Shown: positions 36,013 to 50,970, counted from the stretch's first letter. The stretch is 64,000 nucleotides of DNA from the human T2T-CHM13v2.0 reference genome, Homo sapiens (GCF_009914755.1 NC_060937.1), one strand, 5' to 3'. The notes: generated by a model not told the origin, from the sequence alone. Program-made: numbers and translations.

Positions 36013-37039
36013 GCAAAAATATTAACTAACTTGTTAATAACATAAATTAGGAAAGAAAGCACAATAAGGCAATTTTAGGAAAAGTAGAAGAAAGAAACTA
36101 CTTATTTTTTAAATGTATAAGTAAACAATTTAAGGTAAAATTTAAAAAGTAGAATAATCTAAGAAGCAGGTCTTTGAAAAATGAAAGAAATCAATCAAAA
36201 TAATTCTTCATAAAATCATCACTTAAAATAAAAATCCTAATACACAAATTTAGAATTAGAAGGGGAACATTACAGTACAGAAGTAATTAAAAATAATATC
36301 ATATATTAAGCTATGCTAAAGCTTTCAAACTATTAATGTAATGTAAATGTTTCCTAGGAAATATAATTAACAATATTGACCTAGGAGAAGTAGAAACCAT
36401 GGAAGGAATTTAAACATTAATTAGTGAATTACTTAGCAAAAATGTGCCAAATTAGAACAACAAGGTATTGTGCTATATAAACCCCTCTGGAATATAAAAA
36501 TAAATGATGAGCTTTCCAGTTTATTTTGCAATCTTTTGCATAATCTTGATACCAAAACATAAAAATAGAGAAAATAGGAATTCAGGCCAATTTTATATAT
36601 ACATACAGATTTGAAAATTATAAGTCAAATCTTATATATGACAGCATTATATTTTAAAAATTATTCATCATGGTTGCTCTATTTATTTTTGTAACACAGC
36701 AAAAGCTTATTTTATATTAAGAAATCTGTTATCAAATAATAACTTTAAAAATGGTTATCAAAAATAGTTACCTCAATAGATTCCAAAAAGAAATTTGCTA
36801 AAATTCTTCACATATCCCGACATAGTAACAAAGACTCTCTAAAAAAAAAAAAATAAGGAAAAGTTCCAGATCCAGGAACTCTCCAAAAGATCACAGCAAA
36901 AATTTCAGCAGTCTGTAATATAAATTTGATCTACTATATCACTGCCTAGGGTTTCACTGTGAACTGAGACCCAGATGACAACTGCAAAACCACTCCCGCT
37001 GCTGAGGTTACTTGATTTAAACCAGAATCCGCATTTATA

Positions 37040-37454
37040 TCCATGTGAAAATAGATATTTATGAGAGCATATTCTGGTAACATTGTTGTTGGTCCAGATG
37101 TATGGAGTGCTACCAGCAAAAAGCCTTCAGCTTTCAGTCCTGTAGGGATTATCTCAAATATAAAGAGCTCTTTCACCCAGAGTTAGCCTTTTCTTGAGAT
37201 GGCCCACCTTCCATACTGTAGTATAAAGTCCTAGCCTTCCTGATTCAACTCAGGACAATTCTGAAGGGCCTGTAGTTCCTTTTGCAATTAGCTGCGGCAA
37301 CCGTTGGGAGTGCACTGCATTGCAACCTCTCCTTCTGCCCAATCCGGCTTGCTCCCCTTCTGTTTCACAAGTGTCCATCTCAAAGGTGCTGCTCACAAAC
37401 ATCCTGCAAGCTATACTCCACTCAGAGTCAGCTTCCCAGGGAAACCAACTGACA
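37040..37454 (+). mobile_element. LTR16-type ERVL LTR
   Basis: caactcaggacaattctgaagggcc...ccttctgcccaatccggctt...ctcagagtcagcttcccagggaaaccaactgaca. Confidence 0.8.
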
Positions 37455-37864
37455 GCATTAAGACATATAATGATGTTATTTTACTCAGTGCCTGGCTCTA
37501 ACATTTAGGCCAGGCATTACCTCTTGGGGCAGAGACCACACAGACCTGTGGTTTGTGTTTAGGACTAGATGCATTGTTCTATTTCTGATGGATTATTCCG
37601 AGCATTAGTTTCTCATCCATTAAACAAGGGAGTTGATCTAAGGGATTTCTAAGCTCTTTCCCAGTTCGAAAATGCCATATGATAAGATCTTCAAACATAT
37701 ATATTAGATTTAGGGCTTTAATATCCATACAAGGATTTAGTGAACTTTCTCAACAGCATGTTAATATAATCATTCAGTAAAAACAAATTGTCAGATAGTT
37801 TGCTGTTGAACTAGAATGTTACTAGGTAGTCAAAGGATTAGGAGAGAAAATGAACATTATCTTC

Positions 37865-39060
37865 ATTCACTTATCTACCAACTCATTTATTCATCAACTA
37901 CTTATTGAGCAACTATTATGTGTCAAACACTGTGTTTTGATCCAAAATCAGTAAGATATGGCCCTTATCCTCCAGAATCTCACAATTTAGCAAATGAAAT
38001 GAATACTGAAAATAACAGCAATAACCCACAAATATAAGTGCAGCAATAACATACAATGAGTTCTGTTGGACCATAGAAGAACACACCCAGCTCCACCTGA
38101 GGGTTGCAGAAATCATTTCCCAAAGGGATTGACAATCCCTGGTGTAGGAACTGAAAGCTGTTCACAGAGGAGGCAGTCTACATGAAGATATAATCTCAAA
38201 AATTAACATGGTATTCAGAGAACACTCTAGTTCTTAGGCACTTAGCTAAGTGTCCCAAGGCATGGTCAGGAGCAAAGTCAGCAAGGGTTAGCAAATCAGT
38301 TCATGGATCCTGTAAACTGGTGGTAACTGTGCTTCCCAGAACTACCCCACTCTCCTCCTCATGCCCAATATTATGATTCTCTTGTTGCAGAGTGTGGCCA
38401 AGAAATCTTCAAGCCAAGTTAATTGGGTTGATTTGCAGATGGATTCTGCTAATTATACTTCAGGAAACATCAGGAGTGCCCATACATCAAGGTATGCCTG
38501 GGAAAGCCTCACTTTTCACCTATTGTTTCAGCATAATTAGTAATAAATTTGTCATTCACTTGCAAACGTGTCCTCCTTTGTAGGATAAATTATTATGGTC
38601 ATTCTAATCCTGCAGGGGTATAGGGAAGGTGCCCTGGGGTCACAGAGAAGGGCAAAGTGTAAGGGATTGTCCAAGGGGGAGAGACTCTGGTTTCTTCCTC
38701 TGATTCAGTTGGATCAGCGCTATACATAGGGCCTCATAGCTTTCTTCTAAAAAACAAGTCTTAGCAGTCAAAACTGGAAACTAGAAATCATTGAATGGTT
38801 TTAACATGCACTGACATTGTCAAATGGATAGTTGAAATAGATTATCTTGGTAGCTGTGTAGACTGTGAAGTAGGAGCAGGCAGTGTAAATAGGAGGCTGT
38901 TTAGGTGTCCACAGGAGGAAAAATGAAGGCCCTAAGTAAGATAATGAGTGGACTAGAAACATCTGAGAAATTTTACAGTAAAATTGGCATGACTTGATAA
39001 TTAATTTTATGGGGATGGGGTGAAAGATGTCAGTAAGTTATGGATGACACTCATTTGAAC
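37865..39060 (-). mobile_element. L2 (fragmented)
   Basis: tcatttattcatcaactacttattgagcaactattatgtgtcaaacactgtg... and aaaattggcatgacttgataattaa. Confidence 0.75.
38473..38606. mobile_element. hAT-Blackjack MITE (MER94-like)
   Basis: gagtgcccatac...gcataattagtaata...gtgtcctcctttgtaggataaattattatggtcattcta. Confidence 0.65.
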
Positions 39061-39631
39061 ATATACCACTAAAGAGAAACCCCAGGATACATGAGGTGAA
39101 TGCTCTATTATTTAACAGCTTAGGAAAATCTTCTGCAAAGGGCAGAGAGGATTTAGTGAGAAAGGCCAAATCTCCTGCCTGCATATACAATAATAATACC
39201 ATTTTATTCCACTTATAAAAATGTTCTGTTTCATTAAACTTTACTAAACATTTTTAGATTGTCAGACTATACCCCAAAAAAAGAAAACTAAAATGCTGAG
39301 ATCCAAAACCATAGTGAAGTCAAAATTTACTCATGTTGTATGTAAGTTATTAAACATAATTCCAAACAATATGGATATAGGATTTAGGGAACGGAAGCTT
39401 ATACCATTTTAAGGGATGTCTTTTTAAAAATAATACAAAATTGCACATAAAATCAGTTTCTACTCAGGAATAGGAAAAAATGACAAATCACAGATTTTTA
39501 AAAGATGAAAATATCACCCAGAAAGTTTAAGATAATATATAACTTGCTTTTTAACATGTCTTTAATGATGCTATTCCCATAAAATTGGTACTCTTTGATC
39601 GCCTCTTCATAAGATTTTATAAAATTTTCTA

Positions 39632-39870
39632 CAGTGGATCTTCTCAGCTTTTGCAGCCTTGGCGCTATTGACATTTTGAGACAAGTAATTGTTGAGAGCA
39701 GGAGAAGGGGAGAAGGGAAGGAGATGTTCCACATATTACAGGAGCTGCAGCATCTCTGGCCTATATCTACTACATGCTAATAGCATCCCCCACCAGTCGT
39801 AACCATCAAAAATGTCTCCAGCCATTGTCAAATGTCCCCTGGGAGACTCATTCAAATGAGAATCACCATT
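39632..39870. mobile_element. MER20 (hAT-Charlie)
   Basis: ccttggcgctattgacattttg...cagcatctctggcct...aaaaatgtctccagccattgtcaaatgtcccctggg...tgagaatcacc. Confidence 0.88.
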
Positions 39871-39893
39871 TTGTAGAAAGAATAGAGAGACAG

Positions 39894-40575
<682 letters not shown>

Positions 40576-41293
40576 TATAGATAATTAAGTCTTTTTTCTA
40601 GTATGCTTGCTCAAAAAAATTTCTTTAATATTTTTGGAAAAGTTTTTATCGGTTTTGCAACACTTAATTGGTAATATTTTATAAATGTTTAGGGTTGTTG
40701 GCAAATTTCAGAAAACATCAGGCTTCTTTCATAAACGACCTATAAGATTTTAGGACATTTCAGCTTTTCTGAAATAATGATTAATCTTAAAAGCTCTTTG
40801 AATTAATGACATTTTTTTACCAGTTTTTCATGAATGTCATTATTGTAGTGGTGTATTATGATTTTATGTTACCATTATCAATGTCAGATTTTCATGTCCC
40901 CTCAGGAAAAAACTAATAAGAAATCTACACAGATCTAGTTGGGCAATGACATTTCAGACACAGGAAGAGCATAGCAGAGTTTTGTCCCAATAATGACAAA
41001 GAGTCAGTTTGGGTACAGTGTGGTACATAGGGAAGGCAGCAGTGAATGAGAAATTTAGAAAAATGCTCTGGAGTCAGGGAAGGAGTGGGAAATATCATCA
41101 AATGCTGGCAAGTGACTGAGAATAGATCATGAGAATAGATGACCATGACTTAAAGTCTGAGTTAAGGAATCAAAGGTTGGTTGATGGGCCAGTAGGCATA
41201 TGAAAGTGTAGCGTGACAATCGTTAGCATTAGAATCAGCCAAACCTCAGTTTAAATACTGATCTGACACAAAGTAGCCTGTGAAACCTTTAAC

Positions 41294-41737
41294 TGTGTCA
41301 GCTCATGTCCTCTAAGAAGCAGATACCAAGATAGAATTAGATGTACAAGAGATTTATTGAAGGAAATGGCCATGGAAAATAAAGAGAGGAAACAGAAGCT
41401 AATGAGAGCCTTTCAAATCATGATGAAGATCTGACACCCACAAAAGGAAAGAGAGAAGAAAGGAGGATTGAATCAGAAGACCCTCAGACTGCAGTACAGC
41501 TCTGAAAAAGTCTCAGCTGGAAGGCAAAGACTGCCCATCAGAGAAGTTCTGAATTGAACGGGAATTGTCTAGCTCGAGAACTCTGGCCATGTTTCATCAT
41601 TAGCTGAGAGCACCTTGGGGAGAGTGTGATTTTGTGGGGATGCTAAGATGGATCCAAAGGTGTGGCATCTGGAGGAAGCATGCCAACATATTCTCTTAAA
41701 GGAAAGTATGAGCCATGCACCTCCAGGGCCTGACCAC
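41294..41737 (-). mobile_element. LTR33-like ERVL LTR
   Basis: tgtgtcagctcatgtcctctaagaagcagataccaagatagaattagatgtacaagagatttattg...gactgcagtacagctctgaaaaagtctcagc. Confidence 0.75.
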
Positions 41738-42159
41738 TGGCCATAGCTTATGTATAGAAGTCATTCCTAAGCATATAAATCCATTCCAATAAACCGAAAC
41801 TGAATGTATCTCATTGACATTATTTTTAGCCATATGCCAAAAAAAAAAAAGGTCCCAGCTTATTCCAGTGCCACCAGACATGAGTGGAAATATGACAGAG
41901 GGGAAGTTGCAGTGAAAAGACACAGTGGTCTTAACTGATTGTGGATAAGGTACCTTTTGAAAATTTACAGAAGCCTGTCTATGTGGCTTCTATGTGGACA
42001 TGGGCTAGAGACCCTGCCAGGACATTGGAAGGGGTCCTGCAAATGAAGACCTATTGGAAGGGGCTCCTTCCAATTTTTACTTGGCAAACATTTATTCCTT
42101 GATTCAACCCACCACCGCTATGACCACCCTCACTCCTCATTCACCAAAAATTGGGGAAG

Positions 42160-42417
42160 TAATTATCTTACTTGTTTTTATTAATCCTTCTTAAATGTAT
42201 GTATAGCTCACATTTATTTTAATGTTTAATATTAGGATCATTTTGAGTCTTCACTTAGAAGTTTAGTGATCTATTTGGGACCAAAAATATGCAGTAGAAA
42301 CTTAACTCTCATTTATATCAATTAACCTATGGTAAAAACTGGCTTCATTATACAGTTGTTCTGCTTAAAGTAGCAGTTTCCAAGAACCTATTGATGACAT
42401 TAATGAGGACTCACTGT
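42160..42417. mobile_element. MER82 (TcMar-Tigger) end
   Basis: gcttaaagtagcagtttccaagaacctattgatgacattaatgaggactcactg terminal sequence. Confidence 0.8.
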
Positions 42418-43721
42418 TATGCATACTGGACGAGAGTCTCCATAGGGCGTCGAAGCCTCAGACCTCTAAATATCCTAATCACCATCTCCACGCTGGTAAG
42501 GTTCTAATACAGGGAAAGCCTAGCCAAGGTGAGACCTTGAGAGGCATAGAGAGATTTAGCAGTTGTGTGTGTGTGTATTGTCATGTGCATTTTACTGGTA
42601 CAAACTGAGATGCAAATAAATCAGAAAATAATCCTGGAGGAGAGGGCAAGAGAAAACAGCAAAATACGTAGAGGGAAATAGCAGAGTTCCTCAGAGACAG
42701 GTGGCCTTTTGCAATTGCAGCGTTTGTATAAAATCCAGGTGTAAGCAGCAAAATTAGTGCATTTTTAAATTTAAATATATCTTTCTTAAACAGAGTTAAT
42801 TTATTTCCCAGCTTTCTGGTTATTGGACTCATGTTTCTCCTAAAAAATAACTTAGAACCTGTAGTGGGCAGAAGGAATTAGTGATTCTTTCTAGCTATAA
42901 ATTATTTATCACCTTATTCCACTCTCTTTACCTTCATTGGGATGCTTCCAAATTGACAAAGAAACCTATTTACTGTTAATTGATTACCACTCTAAATTCA
43001 TTGAGATTGCAGCAGTAACAAGCATCTCAAGTAGTTCAGCTGAGATTAGCTGTATCCCATCACAGGAGAGAAGGCAAGATGTGGATAAGGCAGGTTCTCC
43101 TCACTGACAGTGGACTTCCAGTTTCAAGTGCACATGTTTTGAAATTCAATATGACACTCTTAGTTTGTCTGAAAGACAAGTTAAAATGCAGACCTTCATT
43201 TTTGCAGCACAAATGATGGTCAACAGGAATTAAGTCAGGAAAAAAGAATGCTTATTCGTCCTACATGTTAAAACTTACAAGAAATAGATTAAAAACTCTT
43301 GATAGCATATCTGATAATAGCATTAGAAAAGGTTTTCACTTTTATTCAGTTCTAGCTCTGCAAATACAATAAGCATTAAATTTTAAAGCAAACAAAATAA
43401 ATGCACCAGAATCTAGTGTTATATGGGAATATGGAAAATTTCTACACCAAAATGAGCTCTATAAAGATATATGTTGTTTCACAGTATTTTTTGCAAAAAA
43501 AAAGTGACTTATCTATAATATTATCCATTCAGTGGTAAGGATATACTGTAAAGATTGTTATTTCCCCAAATTGGGACTATTTCTTATCAAAGCCATAGTT
43601 AGTTATAATAAATCTAGAGGTCAGCAGTCTAAGAGCAATAAAAAAATAATTAAAATTAAAACACTTTAAAACTTTGACACAGCCTACAAGAATGACAATT
43701 TATATTGCAAATATTAATATC

Positions 43722-44625
43722 AATTTATTCATTCAACAAATATAAATTCAGTTCTTAGTTCAAGCCAAGAATTACTCTATGAGCAAAACTTACCAAAAAA
43801 AAAAAAAAAAAAAAAAAAAAACCCTGTCCTCATTAAACGTGCAGGCAAGGCAGGATGGAGGGTCTAGTGAGAGAGACAAGAAACAAATATACACAGTGAT
43901 GCAGTGATGAATGCTACAGAGGAAACTAAAGCAGAAGAGGGAAAGAGAGCTGATATTTGGGGAGGCTGTTGCTATTTAATAATGAGTGGTCACGAAAGGC
44001 CTTTCTGACAAGGTGATCTTTTAGCAGAGCCGTCAAGCACTTGTGAAAATCGGCAATTTGCCCATTTGAGAGGAGTGTTCCATGCAGAAAGAATAGAAAG
44101 TGCAAAAGTCCTGAGATGACAGTTAGTGGGCACATTGGAGGAGCTACATGCCAGTGTGGCTGGAGCAAAGGGAGTGAGAGAGAAAAGTAGACCATGAGGT
44201 CAGAAAGTTCAGATCAACCAGAGCAGAAAGTCCTTGTGCAGATATTGGATCTTACAAAGATCCAACAGGGATTACAAGTGATCCTGATTACAAGGGATCA
44301 GTTGGCTCCTCTGGCAAGAATGGAAGCGAACGGGTGGGGAGCAGGGCAAGGGTAGAGGACTACTTAGGAGGTTATTGAAGTCGTCCTGACGAAAAATAGT
44401 GTTGGGTTGTGGCAGTGAAGGGTGTGACAATTTAAAGATGGTACAGATGGGAGGTCTATGTCCACGGAGAAAGAGGAGTCAAGGATGATGGAGGTTTATG
44501 TTCTGGAGTCGCCATTTACTAAGAGAGAAAGATGCTAGGAGCAGATGGGGCAGGTTTAAGGCAGGGAAATTAAGAGTTCTGTTTTGATTATATCAAAATT
44601 GAGATGACAGTTATCCAAGGGGAGG
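43722..44625 (-). mobile_element. L2
   Basis: atttattcattcaacaaatat...gaaaggcctttctgacaaggtgatc...gaaagaggagtcaaggatga. Confidence 0.85.
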
Positions 44626-45089
44626 TGTGCGTGTGTGTGTGTTTTCCACTGGTCACGTTACTAAGAAAAATTATTGTTGCTTCTGGAAAAGATTGAATCA
44701 CGGTATAAGAGAAAAAAATCTTTGGACAAGATGCCTGAGGCAGCATGAAAATACTGAAAGACTATTGAACTAAAATAGTCAAAATGCCACTAGCTGAATT
44801 GTCTCAAAGTGTCGAACAACCTTTTGGAGACTCGGTAGTCTCCCTTCTGTAAAATAAAGAAGTATGACTAAATTTCGTTAATAAAATGACTCAGCTCTAC
44901 CAAATTCAAAGAGGACATAAATCCTTCAAAACCATTTCCTGCAAATAAACCTCTCATGTCCCTCCCAAGGGGGGAAAATTGTTATCTTGTAGACAATGAC
45001 AACTTCTCACTTTGGAAATCAGGACTTGTTTTAAGGTTTTAGAACTAACGTTCAGAAAGTCCTGTCTTTTGCAGACCCTACAGAGTGTC

Positions 45090-45300
45090 GAGAAAGAAAT
45101 GTATGAGCATCAGACCCAGCATATTTCAATCCTGGTTCTTCTGGCAGGAGCTAGGAAACCTTGCTCAGATCTCCAAAATTCTGCTTAAATGTACTCATTT
45201 ATAAAAGAAAGCAAGAAACACACTGTTCTCACAGAGTTATTCTGAAGATATAAGAATTAAAGCATTTAACACCACGCAGCATGGTATATAATGTCATATG
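45090..45300 (+). mobile_element. MIR
   Basis: tttcaatcctggttct...ctcacagagttattctgaagatataag...gcatggtatataat. Confidence 0.6.
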
Positions 45301-45499
45301 GTTTAGGATACACTGTATATTTAGAACACCCCATAATTATTAGTTCCATCCTTTCCCATTCCTATCTCCTCACTTCCCACTCCCAGCCTGGAGGCGAGCT
45401 GGGCAAGAACCAAGCCCTTTAGTGTTAGGATTTGATTAGTCATGGAGCTGAATGAGTGAGAGCTCTCAACGATATGAATTAATTTACACAGTGGGGAGG

Positions 45500-45745
45500 C
45501 CAGGAGAACTACATTCTTAGCATCTACTCTGTGCAAGGTATTTTGTAAACATTAGTGGAATTAATCTTCATAACAAACATACAAGGTAAACATTTTCATC
45601 TTATTTTATAAATAAAGAATCTGAGGCTCTGAAAGGTTAAGTAATTCAAGGAACTCACATAAGATCATTAATTGTTTCATAATCAGTAATTGTTTCTCAG
45701 ACGTGCTTGATTCTGGAATCTCTTTGCACTCTATCACTTTGTCTT
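45500..45745 (-). mobile_element. MIR
   Basis: tctactctgtgcaagg...ttaatcttcataacaaac...attttataaataaagaatctgaggctctgaaaggttaagtaatt. Confidence 0.85.
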
Positions 45746-46039
45746 CCTTGATGCTGCTTCCCACCCTGCGTTGGTGACCTGGTGGTTTTAAAACATGATG
45801 GTAGGACCAGGTCTCCAGTCTGAGAATAGCCTGCGGACATGACCTGTCTAGACTTTTGCTTGTCTGTGCCTCTCTTCTCTGAGTCCCACCTGCCACCGTG
45901 TTCTGTCTGTACTTTAGTTTTTATGATCAAAGGCTCTCTTTAAATCAATGCTATTCCTGATCAGTCATCTTGGCATGTCTCCAGCCAGCAGCCTGGTCTA
46001 CAAATCTAGCTAGCAATCTCCTTTGATCATTGTTATTCA

Positions 46040-46870
46040 GCTCTGTAGAAACCTGGATGTTGTCTTTAAGTGTTCCCTCTAAGTCACTCCTTACAATCCA
46101 TCACCAAGTTCTGTTGTTTCTACATTCAAAGTATCCCTTTAATCTTTCCACTTCTATTTCCTTAACTGTCCTTCTACTCCAGATCTCTAACTGCCTCTCT
46201 GGATTTCTACAATAGCCCCGTTATCATTCTCCCCATTTTATCTCTTCCACATCCCCAATCCATTATCTATGCAAAGTAAGATTTTAAAGCAAAGCCTAAT
46301 TATGTACCCCTTGAAATACTTCCTTTGCTTCCTACTGCACTTCAAACAAGGTCCTTACCCTTTTTGGTATCATATACTACCCACAGTCTTGCATGGTCTG
46401 GCTCTTCCTCTCACTTTGGTTCTCTGTGTACCAGCCACAGCCACCTCCTCTCACTTCTGGGAAAGGCACAGCTCCTTCCTGTCTCTGAGATATCACATGC
46501 CCAGCTCCTTGTCATCCTTCAGTTTCCTGCAGAATTGTTAGCTCTCTATCTCTACGCTCATTTCAATTGCCTTTTAGCAATTCACAGTCTATAATTACAT
46601 AGAGTGGCTGCCAAGAGAAAGGGGAAGAGGATCCAGGCAGAGATAAGAAGAGCCCCTGCAAGCATGTAGAAAGGTCCTGACTGGAGGTTGAAAGAACTAT
46701 GTGTGTTTGAGAAACTGAAAGAAAAACATTCTAAAAGATAGCCTTTGTGTCTCCCTGCAAGATTGTAAACTTCTTGAAGGCAGGGCCATATCTGTCTCAT
46801 TCACCAATTCACTTAGCCTAATACATACAAAGCCTGATATGTAAGAGTCACGAAGTACATATGTAAATCA
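46040..46870 (+). mobile_element. L2 (fragmented, includes 3' end)
   Basis: tagaaacctggatgttgtc...caatccatcaccaagttctg...; agattgtaaacttcttgaaggcagggccatatctgtc. Confidence 0.75.
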
Positions 46871-47199
46871 TGCCTTAATTCCTGTGAAATGAGGTGTGAC
46901 AGCCACTTTGAATATTACACATTAGTACTTAGTTTACTCATGCTTTCTCAATAGAATAGAATATAGCTGATAGTTTTTACAGAAACTTGTGTCTAACCAC
47001 CTCATATACACATAGTTTATTTGTAGTCATTGATGCTTATCTATGCATAATTTTGTTGTCTTGGTTCAGATTTAACTTTCATTTAATGAATCCATGACCC
47101 ATTTCTTCTCTGTACTGTCCTTCCCTCCCAGCTTTGTTTTCCATAGGTGTTGGGTGTTCTGAAATAATATGTGGCCTTACCTTGACTGACAGGTAACTC

Positions 47200-47882
47200 A
47201 CAAAAATAAGTATCTTGGCACTTCTCTGTCTGACCTCCAGGGTGCATGTCAAATTCAGGTCTGTTCATTCCCTCATCGTTCTGAGGCAGAAAGTACTTGG
47301 GGCAGATGGCAGAAGCACAATTGGCTGAGACAAACGGCAACAAGTGGCAACACATTTACAGATTCTGCTCCCTTTCATGTTGTGTTGACCAAGGCAAGTC
47401 ACATAGCCAGGTCCAATTTCAAAGAGGCAAAGAAATACACTTCACGTAGGTCAGCAGTCCTTACCCTTTTTGTCACCAGGGACTGGTTTCCTGGAAGATA
47501 ATCCACGAGGGGTGGGGGGGGGGGGGCGTGGTTTCGGGATGAAACTGTTCCACCTCAGATCTTCAGGCATTAGTTAGATTCTCATAGGAGTGCACAATCT
47601 AGATTCCCCCTCATGCAGAGTTCACAATGGGGTTCATGCCCTGATCTGACAGAGGTGGAGATCAGGTGGTAATGCTGGCTAGCCTGCCGCTCACCTCCTG
47701 CCTTGCAGCCTGCTTCCTAAGAGGCCACAGACCACTACCAGTCCATTGTCCGGGGGTTGGGGATCCCTGACTTAAGTCGCTATCTGAGGTACTGCAAATT
47801 TCCATAGTAAGAGGTATGAAGGTATAAACCTATCAAATGAAGAGAGTGAAGAATCAGGAACAATAATGTGATCTACTACAGC
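47200..47882 (-). mobile_element. Old MLT1 LTR fragment interrupted by MER1B
   Basis: gttgaccaaggcaagtcacatagccaggtccaatttcaaagaggc...; gaacaataatgtgatctactaca. Confidence 0.6.
47452..47769. mobile_element. MER1B (hAT-Charlie)
   Basis: cagcagtcc...caccagggactggtttc...ggtttcgggatgaaactgttccacctcagatc...gggggttggggatccctg; 8-bp flanks acgtaggt/acttaagt. Confidence 0.92.
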
Positions 47883-48654
47883 ATTCACACTTCTAGTCTT
47901 TGCATTCAAGGAGCAATCTGGGATCCAGTTATTATACTTAAAGACAAGATAACAGTGAATAAATTAGATCAACCCTTTCACAACTAATTTATTGACAAAA
48001 TGCTTATTCTGCGATATGTATTTATTTACAAAGTGAAAGGCAAGCATTTACAACTGTTTTGAGAACAGTATTGAACAGAATGTATCAAAAATAGAAGCTG
48101 GTGGTTTCAAAACTCCCATATACAAAGAAATATTGATTAGCAGCAAGAGTAATTTTTAAACTTGTCATATCAACAGCCATTAGCTACTAAAACTTATCAC
48201 AAGGTGTTAGTTTTTAGATCTTACCTGTAGAAAGATATTAAAGATCAATGTAAAAGTAAAAATAATTAAAAAGTAAAGATTCCATTTAATATGGGCTGGA
48301 AGAAAGCATTCAAATTCAAGAGTGTAGAAAAGGCTAGAAAATATTTTGATAAAGTTGTTTAAGTCGTAGTATCTTTGAAAAAAATGAGAGAGCTACAATT
48401 TATAAAAGACTGATTAAAGATCTTGGGTAAAATTAAAATGCTAGAAATGAAGTGGGAAAGAGAGAAACACATACACAAAATCATTCAATTAATTTCTCAG
48501 GTCAAAGATGGTAAGAACAAAAAATTATACCAACAGCAAACAACCCACAAAATACCACTATGAATAACAACTAAGTAGATAATGAATAAAAACAACCATC
48601 ATTGCCATTTATTGAACATCATTCCAAACAGCTTATTTATAGGCTATCTACATA

Positions 48655-48802
48655 AGAGGAAATAAGGAAGACAGGGAGGGAGGACAACAAAAGAAAGAAA
48701 AACGAAGAAGAAAAGGAGAAGAGAAGGAGGGAAAGGAGAAGGGGAAAGAAGGGAGGGAGAGAGGGAGGGAGGGAGAGAGGGAAGAAAGGAAGGAAGGGAG
48801 AA
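48655..48802 (+). repeat. GA-rich low-complexity tract
   Basis: gggagggagagagggagggagggagagagggaagaaaggaaggaaggg. Confidence 0.9.
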
Positions 48803-49119
48803 TAACTCTATGAAACTGGAATCATACCAATGTTAAGTTTAGCAAACAAATATTAAAGTTCCTTTGAACTTAGCAGAAGCCTAAAATTTTTCTTATCACA
48901 ATAGATATTCATATTTTAAATTTTAAGAAATTAGTTCAAAATTTTGAAAAGGTTGGAATGATTGTACTATTTAACGTGTTAACTTAGGCCCTTAACCTGT
49001 GTTAACACATGCCCCGCTATAAAAGATGAAGAAATTAGTCCACTTCCAATTCTTCTCACCTTCTAATTTTTTTAATTGTATGTGATTACTTTGCCAAGAT
49101 TTATAACATTTCCCTACCG

Positions 49120-49470
49120 CATTTCCCACTGGCTCAGGCCAGCCATAATCACCCTTTTGTTATTCCCTAACCCTGCCAATATCATTTATGCCTTAGATTC
49201 CTTTTACTTGCTTCTGCTTCTTCCTAGCACATTCTGCCCCCCAGATATTTTCCAGGCTGGCATCTTCTCGTCTTCCAGGTCTCAGCTCAAATGTCATCCT
49301 CTCAGAGAGGCCTCCCTCACCAACGGAGCCTCAAAATAAACTCAACATATTACTTTGTTCTAATTTCTCAAGATAATTTATCACCATTAGAAATCCCCTT
49401 CCCCAGCACTTTAATTTCTGTCTTCCCACACTATCGTGTACATTTCATAACAAAAAGAATATTTTGTTCA
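49120..49470 (+). mobile_element. L2
   Basis: tcttccaggtctcagctcaaatgtcatcctctcagagaggcctccct. Confidence 0.8.
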
Positions 49471-49934
49471 CTACTTCTATTCAGAACTGCAACACTATAG
49501 AGGAGATCTGTATTTTGCTCTAGATTAAAGGCTTGTGTCAGGACCCAGAAACTCTCTTCTCTCAAGCTAGGCATCAAAGATTTGGGAGGTGTGCTTACTA
49601 TTTTGCAGCTTAGGGTTGTTTCACTATTTTCATTGCACTGCAAATCGTTTTTTAAAAGTTTACCTCTATTCTTCTTTTTGTTATTATTGCTTTTTTTGAA
49701 GTATTTTGATAGAGGAAATTTAACTAAAATCCTTCTACGTCAACATTATCAATTTGTATTCCAATGCAGTTTGGCATTGACCAAAATGTTGTTATAGTGC
49801 ACATGATTGATATGGTAAGAGTGGGTAGGAGTAGCAATGGACCAGCAGTACCTGGAAATTCTCTTGTGCACACTATCTCATTAATCTATTTATATGAAAG
49901 TAATATTGTTTCCATTAATTACATAAGTTGATAA

Positions 49935-50055
49935 TATGATTATCACAAATGATAATATGCCAAATACCCCGACTTGATGTGTATTCTATGCTTGTAACAA
50001 AATATCACTAGTACCCCATAAATAAGCAAAAGATTATTTATCAATTTTAAAAAAC
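49935..50055 (+). mobile_element. L1MA 3' terminal fragment
   Basis: atatgccaaataccccgacttgat...tgtaacaaaatatcactagtaccccataaata. Confidence 0.7.
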
Positions 50056-50230
50056 CTGCTTCAGTATCCAGCAACTTTGTTAGGTTAAGAGAATGTCACT
50101 ATGTAGATTAAGAAGTCGCAAGTGTCGACATTTTATATAGTTTTTATACGAGACTTATAATAGTGAAGATATCATTATTCTTCAACTAATAGTATATTCT
50201 AATAGCAATTATAAAAGGTGGAAAAAGTAA

Positions 50231-50543
<313 letters not shown>

Positions 50544-50970
50544 AGCTAATCGATTTTTTAAAGGTAAACTCAACAATGGGCTTTTTATTTTATTTTTTTA
50601 ATGAGGAGATAACATGTTAGAAACTTCTAAGTAGAGAGATGTTGAGAAAGAAGTGTGGGTCAGAGAGGCAAATCTTTAGGTCATCCAGATATTGAAGAGT
50701 GAGAGACCGGACTAGGAGAGATGTGGCTGAATTGAGGAAGGATTTGCATTACTTTAACCTAAGTGTAAGGGCAGCCAATAACAAGAAATACTCTCACCAA
50801 AGAAGTTCAAGTTATCGATCAAAGTTGCACTGAATTTTGCCTTGTCAGTAGGACTTTATGATAATGGCATTATAATTAAAATCAAAACATGCAAATTTCT
50901 TAGGGGAGGGTGGGCACCTAATTCTTCCCGTTTTGGAGGAAGTCTGCGGGTAATCTGGGAGGATTTTGTC

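Larger units (their letters stand above)
32600..36850 (+). mobile_element. Old L1/HAL1 block (ORF1-like then ORF2-like remnants) with younger insertions
   Basis: Strongly A-rich sense strand with L1-like stretches aaagtagggagatattttaatac, aggccacaaaaaa, taatcttgataccaaaac, ctcaatagattccaaaaagaaatttgctaaaattc. Confidence 0.7.

Noticed and set aside
35695-36062. Gly/Glu/Arg-rich and Pro/Ser-rich ORFs
   Set aside because: Low-complexity GA tract that lacks stop codons because of its composition.
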